Below, piece by piece: positions 11,897-24,539 of a stretch of DNA of 64,000 nt. The notes beneath the pieces were generated by a model that did not search any database, was not told the origin of the DNA, and worked only from the letters and a program-made list of their open reading frames with translations. How positions within the stretch are numbered: position 1 is the stretch's first letter; each line of letters begins with the position of its first letter. Origin of the DNA: Amphiscolops sp. MND2022 (Eukaryota). The translations under genes were made by a program, and so were the position numbers. Location: the NCBI GenBank assembly GCA_964187785.1, contig OZ076411.1, positions 80,476,001 to 80,540,000 on the forward strand, in the 5' to 3' direction.

Positions 11897-12634
11897 TGTA
11901 ACGATGACCTCTCATCAACAGAAAAATTTTCGAATTGTGAAAATTTTGCTCGAGCATTGGACTGGGAACTAGAATTTGACGATTTTTTTCATATTCCGCT
12001 GAACGATTCCGTGTCTTTATCAAGTACCTGCCTGGCGAACTGAAAAGTGCCAGAACGGCAAACGAAGGCAGATACCTCTATGCAAAAAGAATGGAAAAGA
12101 ACGTGTGCTAGCGAAACGCTGACATTGACTCAAACTCTATTATTAAATAGACTCTTTTTATCGTCTTATAACGTTTTCATTAGCATATTGCTAGTTAGTG
12201 TTGCAAGAACTTGAAATGCGTCTTGTCACCGCTTAAACAAGCATTCGTGCTTGTGTCCCCTTTTGATTGTCACCTTGCGATGTGAGTAGTGCAGTAAATT
12301 ACCGATTAATTGGAATGTTTAGCTCGTGAGCTACTGATTTCACAAAAACCTGGAACGAGACTTTATCTTTGTCCCCATCCATATTTTTAAAGGCTATCTT
12401 AGGGGTAATTTCGATGAAAAAGTGTAATTCACACTGCCGATAGCAATGAAAGACTGGATCAAGTCGGCGAGTACTCCACATGAGGCGGAATCTTCCTCTG
12501 ACGGGACAACTTTTACCCTAAGGAGGCAAAATGGGCCTAAGGCCATGGGAGCCTGTCCCGGGCACACACCCATGCTGCAGGTACCTCCACCACTCTATGA
12601 CGAAATGACGAACTGGTGAGAGCTTGTCGTTACA
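11897..12634 (+). repeat. 3' LTR of E1 (738 bp), preceded by a purine tract (GGGAAGTGA)
   Basis: Perfect 8-bp terminal inverted repeats TGTAACGA/TCGTTACA. Same TGTAACG end motif as the E2 LTRs. A PPT-like run lies immediately 5'. Confidence 0.8.
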
Positions 12635-14622
12635 TTTCGAATAGTAATGGCCTTCAGCTGTATGAGCTCAAGATGAAATCGGATATCACTATAGTATTTA
12701 TCTTGTTCTCCAGTATCATTGAGTCGGAAATAGAAATATCCAGAATCAACGTTTCGTAGGTAAAGTTCTGATCTTTTTCCAGTAGGTTTTTTGAAGGTCA
12801 CTTGCAGTTTCACGTTAAAAAAGAGGCTCAAAATGACGCCAAAATATTCGAAAAAGAAAACAATTTTGTCAGTTGTTTGACAATTTATTGAATTTTTAAT
12901 GAGTTACCAAAAAGTCGTAATACTCGAAAACTATTTTTTTAAAATACACTTGCAGAATTTTTAAAAAAATCGCTATTTTTCATGTCAGAACGATGTAAAA
13001 TAAGTGAAAAATCCAACGTTTTCTTGTTTTTGAAATGTTTATAGACTTTTTTGTAAATCTCTCGAGCAATGTCGTATTTCAACGACAGACCTGGTATCCA
13101 ATAAGTGTTTTGGAAAAAAAACATTTACAGTTTTTAGAAAAGTGCTTCAAATGACCGTAAAGTTGTCGAAGAAGAAAAGGTTTCAAAATTTTGACATTTT
13201 TGGTGACTTCCTGCATTATCAAAAAACTGATTGGTTAGGTTTTGATATCCACACAGGCTGAAGAAAAACAAATAGGTGTTCAGAGTTTTCGTGAGATGTT
13301 TCCTTCTGAAATGGGATGACATTAATCCAAAAATGTCAATTTTTTGGTCAAACTTCTATGCGTTCTCATACTGCAATGGCTACTCCTGACCCTCAAAAAT
13401 ATGTCATTGCTGGAAAATTTTGGGCGGAAAATATGCTGCTGGTCAGCGGGCCTTTTTGTTAAAAAGATTCGCCTTCGTGAGATTCCCTTCCGAACTGCCT
13501 ACGACGGCATCTGCAAGCCAGTCCGGGCGAGGACTGTGACACTATGCATTTCGACTAAGTCGGGTGCGGCATAAGTCGGCACCGCGTTTGGGAGCGCGAA
13601 AAGCGCAAAAAAATCTTCACTGCTCTAGGGAACTGTTTTTTTAGTATCTCTCAATCTCACAAAATAAAAGGGAGTAGTATATTTGGGCTTGAAAAAACTC
13701 CATTTTAAGTTTCATTTAGGTGGATAAATTACTTGCCCCAATTTTGGTTAAGTAAACGTTTTTCCAAGACAGGACCCCCTTGACGCAATAATAAAAACGA
13801 AAAACCTCATAAAATCGGTTTGAAAAAACCTCATAAATTAAAATTGATAACTTCTCACGAAAAATTGCACAGTGTCGAGCGTCAACCCACAGACCGCTTC
13901 TAACCTGGATAAACATGCTTAGGATTGAAGAACAGGACCTTTTGAACGATTGGGACGCAAGAATGAACTTGGAAAATTCGAAGTACAATGATACTATAAA
14001 TCTTTAGAGCGTATCAGAGACTTATAAAACAGTACTATTGGTTTAACTTTTCTCAAAACTGGCTTCAAATAAGTTTTTCTTGTTGACATGAAACTAGAAA
14101 AAAAATTGTCAACCATTAAGTAGGTTGTGCTGATTTGAAAAATAGTCTTCAAGGTGGATTGATTTTTGAGAAGTTGAACAAGTTCGTCAAAGTCACTTCC
14201 GCTTTATGCTTGGAACTACTTCACGCTCTCTTAAACACACACAGGAAGTCGTATTATTCGAGATGAAAATTCTTGACAAACAGATTTTATTCCTGATTTC
14301 AATATCTTCAGTGTTATCTGATTGGGCACCCAATTTTGATCGGTAATTTCTCTCATTTTAAAATCTTCATAAACTCTGTGCGTTCTAAATAATAATGCAT
14401 TATTGACTTGCATAAGACTGCTATGAGCAAACGTTTATCATTTTTAGGAGTCGGAAAAAGACTTCGACTGCTTATGCACCTCTAACTTTTTTTCACACCA
14501 CCAGAAAACGGCCAGTTTTGGTCTTCTTACGATTTTTTTTTTCAAAAACTGTTAATATGATTCGAACGAAAATTTTTGCAACCTTTTTACACCTCTGGAG
14601 GTCCTATGTTTGCAATGAAATC

Positions 14623-14822
14623 NNNNNNNNNNNNNNNNNNNNNNNNNNNNNNNNNNNNNNNNNNNNNNNNNNNNNNNNNNNNNNNNNNNNNNNNNNNNNN
14701 NNNNNNNNNNNNNNNNNNNNNNNNNNNNNNNNNNNNNNNNNNNNNNNNNNNNNNNNNNNNNNNNNNNNNNNNNNNNNNNNNNNNNNNNNNNNNNNNNNNN
14801 NNNNNNNNNNNNNNNNNNNNNN
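14623..14822. other. Assembly gap (200 N)
   Basis: Run of exactly 200 N. Contiguity across it is not proven by sequence. Confidence 0.99.
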
Positions 14823-14879
14823 AGTTTAACCTATTCACTTTACACTTGCCTTTAGTTAGTATCAACAGTGAACAACATG

Positions 14880-17800
14880 AAGCAGTCTTTAAAAAAGACG
14901 GACTTCACAAAAATAACAGAAAACACAAGCTCATCAAAAGGAGAGAAATCCGGAAGATGTGATGTGAAAATGAGAACACGCATATAAAAATCATACTAAA
15001 CTCTAGGAAGTGAAACTGTGCGAAAAAAGGTGTGGAAACTGTGGTAGCACTCAATTTATTTCAAAAACCATTCAAAACGAACTCAACTAGGTGACAACAA
15101 TTAGGGAGATCCTGGAGGAGTTCAGGGATGATTTGCACCGGATGAAAGATCTCTTCATCTAAGTACTGGGGAATCAGGTGTACCGGAACTTACTAAACCC
15201 GTTAGGTACAACGGCCCGAACCAAATGAATGTAAATCAACTTGTTTAGTAAATCAATTGCTTACTTTTCCAGATACAGTTCATTCCGGAAAGAAACAAAT
15301 TTCAAATTCAACAGATGTCTTTGGGATGACAAAAAATCCACCCGAAACATCAGAGGACGCATGGATGCGCATACTACAAAAGGGAAAAAATCGAATTTGA
15401 AAATGTGTTACACTCGCTGAATTGATCGCATCAAACATTATGTATCAGGTTATTCAAGTGGTGACTACAAAGTCAAAAGAAAATTTCGGAAGAACAACAT
15501 GATTACCGCGATCATTACAATTCTAATACAAAAACAGGTGTACGACCAACTGAACAATTCCAAAAACGCAGACGAAGGAAGAAGAATTAAACACATTCAA
15601 ACACGACCACAAAAAGTAGTCCGAGAAGCCCAGGTATGAAACAACAAAGAGAAGAACGGAGAACTACATACTTTTAGACAAAAAAAACACTTGCAGACAA
15701 TGTGGAGCAACAAATTAGACAAAACAACATAATTTTCCTGCAAACTCTGCAGAATGCAGAAAACTGTAAAAAGAAGGGACATCAAGAAGTAAACAGTACA
15801 ACAAAAACGACTTCAAGATGCACAAGATAAACAACGACAAACGTCAGAAGCACATTTACAATGTGACACTATTGGCGAAACACAATCCAATTCAAGTCAT
15901 CATCTCGAATGATTGTCAGTCACATAATTTCCATCCTGCTTTTCAACCAAAATGCCTTGAAATGGAACAACTCAAAACCGCTTACAGAGATTTAAACACT
16001 AACAAAATCGATATCGGAGGACAAACAAAGAAGGGCACAGATATTACAACAGAAGGGGGCAAAATTCCGATAAAACTTCGAGATTGAAAAGCGAAAGGAA
16101 CAAATCGCTTGATAAAACAAGGGTACATAATGGATACTGAAATCACAGAAGACCCTGACTTGTTTTGAATGCAGTAGAGAATAATGAATGAAAAACAGCC
16201 TGCGAGTCATGAAAGATGAAAGATCTAACAATGAAAAGAAAAGCGCAGATGCCGTACAGGGAGGATCTAATCTCACAGTTATCATATACAATATCGAAAG
16301 GCTCGGGCGGCGAAATTGTAGCACATATACTGGAATCCGAATACGCCTAGAGTTAAATGAAGATGCTGTGACGGTCGAAAAATTCACTGCATACTATCGT
16401 TTATGAAAGGTTTTTCTGGACTGACAAACATTTCAACCATTTTGAGGAACGAATAGATACTAAACTGGAATACAATCAGCCGACACGGTTGGACGACCTA
16501 ATAATCAAAACCAAAGGTGATAGGAAGAAACACGAAGCCGATGTATGCGAAACAAAGAAAAAACTAGAAAATGCAAGATATTAACCTAATTCAAAAGGAA
16601 TGCACTTTTATTCAAGAGAACAATGGAAAGGCAAGGACACTAAACGTCAACGATCATGATCACTGAAACAGAAACTAAAAAAAACCACAAAAACTGACAT
16701 ACCATTAAAGGCAAAGGAGCTCAATTTATTTCTGGGAGCAATCTAGTTTTTTTTTTCAAACTAAAGTGGAATTTTATAAGCAAATATTGATAAACTGAGA
16801 AACATTACAGTGCCAAAAGTGGGTATTTTGAAGTTTTGCAGCGGATTTCGCTGGACGGCAGTTTTGGAAAGCGTGCAGCGTAATCCACTAACAAATGCTA
16901 TGCTATTACGTTGCAGTCAAAAGTTTTGTTTCAGCATGAAAAATTGCAAGAAGATTAATAGAAAGTTATTATTTATGTTTCATTGATCTGTCCTTTCGAA
17001 GAAACTTGCAGTGGATTCCACTTCAGCTTACAGTGAATTCAATTTTGGCTTACAGTCAATTCCACTCGTTTTGCAGTCAATTCCACAAGTTGAAAAGTGG
17101 AATCGACTGTAGGTCAAAGTGGAATCGACTGTAAGCCAAAGTGGAATCCACTGTAAGCTGAAGTGGAATCCACTGCAAGTTTCAGCGAATTTCGCTGAAA
17201 GTAGAAATAAGCTGACGCGATTGGTTCAATCAGTTGGCAGTGAAAAGCAATGGATTTCGGTGCACACATTTTTGTACATTAGCTAGATATGTTAGTGGAA
17301 TCCAAAACAGGCTACAGCGGAATCCAATGAAAATCAGTGAATTACATGTTTAAAAGTATGTCAGTGGATTTCGGTGACTTAATACCACAAAAGTGTGTTA
17401 ACCCACTTTTGGCACTGTAATGAACTACTGAAGTAACAAAACGATTGGAAAGGGACGAAGAACACTGAAAATCATTTAGCAATATAAGAGAATTTGTCAT
17501 CAAAGTACCCGAGCGTGTGCTCGAATCCGAAGCGACCAATGGAGCAGATCTTGGTGGTAGTCGCAAGTAATCAAGGGCGAACCTTGAGGCTGAAGCGGGA
17601 AAAGGTTTCATGTGAACATTGTTTGCGTCTAGTACACTGCTTTGCAAATGAAGATATATTATCGCAACAAATGCTAGCACGAAAAGTCTGCCCGCAACAT
17701 ATTGGCAAAGAGCAGAAAATGAAACCTCAAACGAATTGTGTCTGCCGTTTTTTGTGGGAAATTGAAAAGAAATACACAATTAAAGAAATAGAAGTTCTAC

Positions 17801-18710
17801 CAGTAGTGTGGCTATTGGAACCTTTCGGCCTCAACGTATACGGAAGCACAAGAACTAAAAACAAAGAAAATTAAAACAAAGAAACATATAGCGCAAGGCT
17901 AACAAGATAACTAGATATATTAGCACATTTCGATAAAAAGGTAGAAAAAATTGCAGGAAAACACCTGGGATTACCAGAATTCTTTAGTCGAAAACCAAGG
18001 ACAAAGTCCGAAATGACCACGACGAACAGTACGTAACTGAAATCCTAATTCCGTCACTTGAGTTCATTACGGCAGTCGAAATTCCAAAAACTCAATACAT
18101 GTTCCGGTGAAAAAGTTCAGGAAGTACCTAGGAGCGAATAGTGTACGATAAATCGAACCGAAACAGGTCATATTCAATCCAAAATGAAGTGAAACGATAG
18201 AGAGCTGTTCAGATAGACAACACAGAACGTCGCATCACACTTGAAAACAATCGTCACGGGACTAACAATTGATACTAAAATACTGCTAAAAACTTTAGTC
18301 TGTCTAGAACGCAAAACAACTGAACAAGTGCCCTAAGAGTATGGCCAACTCATAAGGAATCAATCTCCACGATTCGGGCTGGTATTCGATTGAATTATAT
18401 TACCAAAGACGCCGAGAAGCAGAACAATAATTCTTTTACACAAAGGACACCCGGCAATCAACGAGGTGACCTCTGCCGCAATGCCGCAAAACATTCTGGT
18501 TGGCGATGTTAAATTGGGATATCTAACCGAAGTGCGAGGTTTCATCCCATGCAAAATGAGCTCAATGGGAAAATGCCACATATACCATACCGAAACATAC
18601 TATTGACCAATTCATCGGACCAATAAACCTATATAGACCCGGAGATTTTCTTGATGATCGCTATAGACCGGTTCAGTAGATGATCGGGACATCCATTTGT
18701 GAAATGCAGT
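14880..18710 (+). mobile_element. pol: Heavily decayed Ty3/Gypsy gag-pol remnant
   Basis: Gag double zinc-knuckle remnant TCRQCG...FPANSAECRNCKKKGH (~15690-15785). RNase H pieces EKKYTIKEIEVLPVVWLLEPFGLNVYG (~17760-17845) and LAHFDKKVEKIAGKHLGLPEFFSR (~17920-17995). Integrase HHCC/core pieces GHPAIN..FW..IPCKMS..FIGPI..IAIDRFSR (~18440-18690). Confidence 0.75.
17001..17183. mobile_element. Small foldback/MITE-like palindrome built of ~22-bp subunits (AAGTGGAATC(C/G)ACTGTAAG)
   Basis: Left GAAACTTGCAGTGGATTCCACTTCAGCTTACAGTG... is the reverse complement of right ...CACTGTAAGCTGAAGTGGAATCCACTGCAAGTTTC. About 4 subunits per arm. Confidence 0.85.
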
Positions 18711-19575
18711 CAAAATTTCACTGAAACAAGCATAAGTCGGCGACATTTCTAAGGCTCAAAAATAGCAAAAGGACTTGAAAGTGTCAAGTATTCTTTTACG
18801 GTACGTCAAAACCCAAAAGTTGCACCAAATTGGCACGCCGTGGCCAGCTAGCAGGCCCCTGGCGTGCTAAAAGGGGACCTTTTCGAATTTTTCAACACCC
18901 ATTCGATTAAATCGATTCAATTGAAGGGGGACCCTTTCAGAACCTATTCTTAAACGAATACAAGAACGAGATAATATTCATATCATTTCGGGGCAAAATC
19001 GTCAAGAGTTTTGTCAGGAACTAAACTTACAATACCGACCGACACAAACAAAGGTATACAACGAAAACAAGCAAGCAATTCTTTGAAATCTACATCTCCA
19101 GTAATCTGCAATCAAGACGAGAACAACCGACGGCATCCTCACGCAAATGGTGACATAAAAGAACAACTAGTAGCAGGAATACTGAACCCCACAACAAGAA
19201 GCAGCACTTCAAGAAGAAGAAATGCTGTTAAGTTTCAATAGCACAAGACTGAGCCAAGTATTCGGAGGGGGGATGATAGAAACTTATCTGGGACAGTCCA
19301 CAGAAGACACCGGAAGAAGATAATTGCAGGTTCCATGGGGGAAACATGTCTGAAGCAAAACTCAAAGAAGTCCGAGCCACAATTGAAACAAAATCAGGTT
19401 TTATAACAGTGGTCGACCAAAACGGCAATACCGATTCCATTAAAATAGAATAAGTAGATAATATGAAAATGAACACAAACGATGAACTTGTGACGAGAAA
19501 ATCAAAAAAGTAATGCTCACAAACACAATATTTCGTTGTGGAAATCCAGTAACATACTAATCCGTTCAGGTAATA

Positions 19576-20247
19576 TGTAACGTCCGGTTAGCGGCGCACA
19601 TCTAGGAAGAGGGAAAATGCCTAGGGTGCTTAAACAGGAGACCGTTGTCTTACTACACTCCTAGACACTAGTCTTTATTCCCAAAATGGTCTCCTAGGGG
19701 GACTTTTCTTTCGTCTAAGGAGGCTCAAAGTCCGGACACGCCCCACAAGCTTGTAAAAACGATTCCTAAGATTTCTAGCGTGTTCCCGAAACCTCCTACA
19801 TACTTCCGAGGTCCAAAAAGGTATCTAGCTGAAATACATTATATTTGGAAATTTGATATCGAAAACGAGACCTACTAGGTCAGACATCTTCCAAACACTC
19901 CGTAATCAGTAAGAATCAGTGGGGATAAGCCCCAATAAGGGATACAGTTACAGTTTGGTGTCGTTCATCGGATTCTCGCCTCTGGCATTTTTCGTCTCTT
20001 CGGGCACTTTCCCAGAGAGAAGGCACAACACTTTGGTTGCTCTGTATTTTCTAATATCTTCTGGTTCTTCTTCATGCTCGTCTTCTCTGATCTCTTTCTC
20101 TTGTTCTTCTTTGCTCTGTCTCCGCGTGGATTTTTTTTCGTTCATTTTCCCGCACCTGCTAGGTCGGTCATTTTTATTGTACAGTTTTGCTATCGCACGT
20201 TTCGCATTTTTCATCGAAATTTCCTCATGCCAATGGCTGACGGTACA
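19576..20247 (-). repeat. 3' LTR of E2 (672 bp)
   Basis: TGTAACGT...ACGGTACA ends. Direct repeat of 29697-30324 with substitutions and two large indels. PPT at 20248-20255 on the minus strand. Confidence 0.9.
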
Positions 20248-20941
20248 TCCTCCCCGAGCCGTAGTTTGTCGTCCTCGACAAACGAGAGGATGCTCGCGCC
20301 CAGAAGGTACTTGCGAAGGTGAGAATTAACTTAGCATCTGGACAGAGTTTCATCAAACTTACATTACTTTTTCTTAGCATCGTTTTCACAAAAAGGCTAG
20401 CAAACTCAAGCAAACTCAAAAGGCACCTGATAAAATTGGAAACGCGACAGTCAGTTTAAGAACTCTTTTACAGTCTTTCCAATCTAGGTTAAAATCTCTG
20501 TTCTAAAATTGGCCCTGCGCGGCCAAAATAACGACAACGATATGGTCTTGGTAACAATGTTGAATTAGTGAATTGAGGAAGGAGGGCACCGACTCGGGAC
20601 CCGCCCACCAGACACAAATTAACTAAAAATCACGCATATACCTTCAACATATAGTGCGTACCGCTCAAAATATATTATATAGCACTAAACTAAACTAAAG
20701 GAAGCACAGATTAGTCATCAACACTACGTAAACAGAAATTGGTTGTAACATTTCAGTATATAACTTGTATTGTTAGTTTCATCGAGTGGAAGTCGTTCGG
20801 TTAGGGTTCTCTTTCCTCAGGCTGATCACATGGTAGATCTTGAATAGATGTCGTAGCCGCTGGCTCTAGATTCGTGGAGGAGCCTGCCACCATGGAGGGG
20901 TACGGGCCAGAATCGTCTATTGTTAGGAGCTTGATCAGTTC

Positions 20942-21643
20942 CTATTTAATGTCGGCGGCGTCCATTTGGGAAATACCCGTGTTGGGTTCATCTTGGGCAG
21001 GCGTTGCTGTGCCAGATAAAGTGAAACTGTCATCCACAGGTAAGCTATCGGCCAGTTCTTGATAACCGTATTGCACGAACAGGCTCTTGAAAGTCTGAGC
21101 GCCTCGTGCGTAGTCTTCGCCTACTGACTGCCCACGCCTCTTTTGTCTGCTATGTAAATTGAGGAAAATCTCCAGCGCTGCGCGCGGATTGCTAGGAACC
21201 TCTGCGCTAATTGGTAAAGTTCTTTTGTTTGGTTCCCGCGCTGTGGAGGGTTTTGTGGTTTTCAAGCGTTGGAATAACTTGTGAATCGCCAAGTCTACTA
21301 ATTCCGGACTCGAACAGCATGTAGTCGTTTCCAGGATGTGGGCGGTATAGATGCGGGGCTCTGCCCGATTGCAATCCATTCGCGACGTATCGCAAACATA
21401 TGGGTAGTGCAACACAATGGGCGCCTCACCCATTGTATCACCTCGTTTTCTGCCACCAAATCTCTGAATGACCGTTGCCAAGATTCGCAGGACTACTGCT
21501 GCATCCCAGCCTGCGAAGGAATCTACTGCATCAGTTTGCGAATCTAGGGGGATACGCAACCATGCAACCGGGTGGAATTCCATGGGCATGGGGAGAACGC
21601 ACCGCGCATGTGCCCGAATAATTGCCGTGAAATTGTATTTCAC
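20942..21643 (-). CDS. Uninterrupted 233-aa accessory ORF of E2, unknown function (may be the C-terminal part of a longer disrupted ORF)
   Basis: Long open frame with globular-looking composition, on the element sense strand. Its stop sits where the duplicated 3' UTR block begins. Confidence 0.5.
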   Translation of the reverse strand: MKYNFTAIIRAHARCVLPMPMEFHPVAWLRIPLDSQTDAVDSFAGWDAAVVLRILATVIQRFGGRKRGDTMGEAPIVLHYPYVCDTSRMDCNRAEPRIYTAHILETTTCCSSPELVDLAIHKLFQRLKTTKPSTAREPNKRTLPISAEVPSNPRAALEIFLNLHSRQKRRGQSVGEDYARGAQTFKSLFVQYGYQELADSLPVDDSFTLSGTATPAQDEPNTGISQMDAADIK

Positions 21644-22139
21644 TTATTTCCGGCCTTTGATGACTGTATAGGCCATGGGTGGCCGCAGACAAGCGACGTT
21701 TCTTCCCGCTGTTTCATAAGTAGGACCCCTTTACAAAGTGGAGAATGGATAGAACTGGGGCACTCGCGGCCACTCGCAGAGTGTGCGTTGGGTATCTCAG
21801 GGCCATAACTGCGCCGAAGATTTGCCAGACTATAGGGGCGATCAGAGGGGAACAGAAAACCAGGGAGCTGCGTAGGCTCCCTATTGACTGCAGGATTTTC
21901 ATCCAAAGGATGCATATTTCCCGCAACGTTGACCCTTGTGGAGTAAATCCACACGAGAAAGACTTCGATGTTGAGATCTAGCCGCGCTCTTAATTGCAGA
22001 GGACCCGCTGGGTCTAAGGCGTCCATGATCGCGAATGGCCAGTTTTTCTGATTTTGAGCGTATACCAGAAAGCTGAAGAGGCAAAGGTTTCCTTTGTCGA
22101 ATACCAGATTCTGCAGATGACTTGAAGGTCCTCTGTATA

Positions 22140-22830
22140 CCGCGTGTAGGCCAACTGCCATCATGTATGCTAAGATTTCGCTCATCGTGGCCCTCGACGT
22201 ACAAGCGTAGTTGCCGTTCGTAAATTACGCTTGTACAAAGTTGTGGAGCCAGAATGGAAAGATGTTGTTCAAGAGCACTGGGAATGAGAATCCTTGCTGC
22301 TCTGCGACTTGGTTTAGTGGATCGCGTAGTAGTTGATGCCATGTTTGATATGTTTGTTTTGGCTCCTTTTTCATTTTGGCCGGCTAGATCTTGAGATATT
22401 ACTATTAGCAATGCTAGAAAAGGTGACACCATTCCAGGCTGCCATGGGGAATATCGTCGTAAATACATGTAGCCTGGGGGCGACATGAATACAGTTCCAG
22501 TGGTAGACTTTTTATTCTTGATGATATTCGACCTCGTCTCTAAGTAGGCAGTAACTTAATCCGTTACAAACTCTTCGGTGAACCGGGTGTGTCCCAACTC
22601 AAAATATTTCAGTGTCGCTCGCAGAGCGAGGTGGTCAGTCACGTTTGAGTATACTAGTATTGGCGGAAGTGGTATTGTTTCTGCCGCCGCTGGCGTTAAG
22701 ATTTTGTCGGTAATTTCTGCCATCTCGCTGAGCGAGGTGCAGGGCATGTTCATTACCCTGACGTCCATTAGAGTGTTATTGGCATTTTAGGATGATTTCA
22801 TGATTGAGTCAACGAAGAATGCTATTCTCG
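22140..22830 (-). pseudogene. SGNH/GDSL hydrolase (esterase)-like domain, disrupted
   Basis: Ordered SGNH-like blocks: RIAFFVDSIMK (I), VRVMNMPCTSLSEM (II), PPILVYSNVTDHL (III), VFMSPPGY, and MAVGLH (V-like). Stops and frameshifts lie between them. Confidence 0.45.
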
Positions 22831-22910
22831 TTTTCTGGAAGAAGTCCTTACCCATAGGAAGCAGTGTGATGGGGTCTCTCGCGTAGTTTTTAGTCTGCAG
22901 GCGATCCTCG

Positions 22911-23348
22911 TCATATCAGCCTGGTCGTTGGCGGATCAATAGGTTCGTTGATTGCAAGGGATGTGGAGTTATTGAAGATGTCCTTCTCTAAGTCCCTTCG
23001 TAGGCGATTGAACCACAGTGGACATCCATTGGTTGTGATTACTGGCCTTTTCACGGGACGGATGTGGAGTACTACCACGGTTGCTTTTTTGATCGTTCGG
23101 TGTGTTGCTGGATCTCTTTTGCTAGTTACGATTTCAAACTTTTGTCTAACGGGATTCTCCTCGTCGGTTGTGACTGGTATTTCACGTAGACGCACTGCGT
23201 CTTCTACCGTTATATCCAGTTGTTGTGTTTCGGCTGAAGTGAGCCGTTCCTTTGTCATCTTTTGTCTTCTGGCTTCTGGCTGTGGGTGAAGGAGTTGGAA
23301 ACTCTCCGTTGGTGTTCGAGCTCGACTATTCCCCCAGATTCCTAGCAC
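22911..23348 (-). pseudogene. Accessory ORF Y fragment of E2, unknown function
   Basis: 145-aa open frame, weakly similar to E1 8469-8897. Confidence 0.4.
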
Positions 23349-23462
23349 GCTTGCCAGCCTTGAGTTTGTCTCGCAGGTCTATGGGAGCATTGGCAGCTTT
23401 GCTTTCAACACGTTGCTGCTGCCGCTGGCGTACTTGCAGCTTCAGGTCCTTCTGGAAGCCTA

Positions 23463-24220
23463 CTAGGCGGTTTGACTCATTTTTTGGGGCTCATCCCAAG
23501 AGGAGCATTGCGTCAGTGCATCGTACGAGTCCTGAAATCTGACCGTTCTCGCAGAGCGATTTTCCCGTGTCTGTTCTTCGCTTCGCATGATGTTCTTTGC
23601 GATTGCGTTCACCTGCACCCCTCCGCCCTGGAAGGCGGAAGGAAGCATAAAGCTTGTTGACGGCTGCATGAGCAATCTGATACCCTCTGATGCCAAAGGC
23701 ATGGGGGGCGTGAGAACTGGTGGTGGCAGCACTGGCAGTGTGCAGCTAAGCCGTGTCGGTTCTAATGGAGGTAACTCATCCAAAGGCGAGATCGATGGTC
23801 GAGTCGACCAGCTCGCCCTCGTGCAACAAACAATACTCAATGGGGCAACACCCACCATGATCGCTGGCTTTGCCATGATTATTGCCCAAATTCAATCACA
23901 AGCAGCCCATCCGGACGTTCTCCTCACCATCACGAGTAGTATCGGGTCGTTAGAGCGCTCCGCGAGCTTCCGTGATAGCACTTGGCATGGGTATGACCTG
24001 ACTCATGACCTCATTGACCCACGGCCCCACATGGTATACGGAAAACCTACTAGGCCTCCCATGGACCAAGAACGATCGCTAAGAGTTTCCCCAGCAACCA
24101 TGCAACCGCAGACCTATGTCCCCCTAGTACTGGTTGGTGCTGTTTCAGGGGCGCGTTGCCGAGAATTTTGAGGCGCGTTGTCGAGGGTGCTGGCATGCTA
24201 TTTCGTGATGAAGAATCCAT
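23463..24220 (-). pseudogene. ORF X of E2, split by a 314-bp inversion (23806-24119)
   Basis: The plus-strand segment QLALVQQTILNGATPTMIAGFAMIIAQIQSQ...STW shares 19/54 ungapped identities with E1 ORF X. The flanks read as coding on the minus strand. Confidence 0.75.
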
Positions 24221-24539
24221 CTGTGCTAAGTTGGATAGCACCGAAGAGAAATGAGGAGGCAAAGGCAGGATTAAATGATGGTGAATTGATATTTCGTGCC
24301 TTATGGGAGAGCCGCGAAGAGGCGAAGCAACAGGACAAAACTGAAAAGCAAGTTGCAGTTGAGAACAGAAATGGTTGATTATGGACTCACACAAAGTAAA
24401 TAGGACAAACACACAACACATAGGACTAAGAAGTACATGTTTGCAATAGAAAGTTCTCCGTAGCATTTGACTACTGTTGAAAATTTAGAGTGCATTCTTT
24501 TCCGATGAAACGAGAGAATGGAAAAGGCCGCTGGCCTTG

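Larger units (their letters stand above)
1..12634 (+). mobile_element. 3' half of a large Ty3/Gypsy LTR retrotransposon (E1): post-integrase accessory region, 3' UTR, PPT and 3' LTR
   Basis: Window start encodes NVAVIMDTEPEQSLEEFPDDASQPS, homologous to NVAIIDDTYVEESHEEITSDISRDS that directly follows the integrase in E2 (26590-26877, -). Same downstream domain order as E2. Ends in an LTR with TGTAACGA...TCGTTACA termini. Confidence 0.8.

Noticed and set aside
14518-14962. ORFs spanning the N run
   Set aside because: Artefacts of translating the assembly gap.
19919-20329. ORFs inside the LTRs (also 29994-30267)
   Set aside because: They lie in low-complexity CT-rich LTR sequence and their frames are not conserved between the two LTRs.
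23587-24171. 194-aa plus-strand ORF as a genuine antisense gene
   Set aside because: Only 23806-24119 is real coding sequence (the inverted segment). The flanks are antisense of minus-strand coding sequence.
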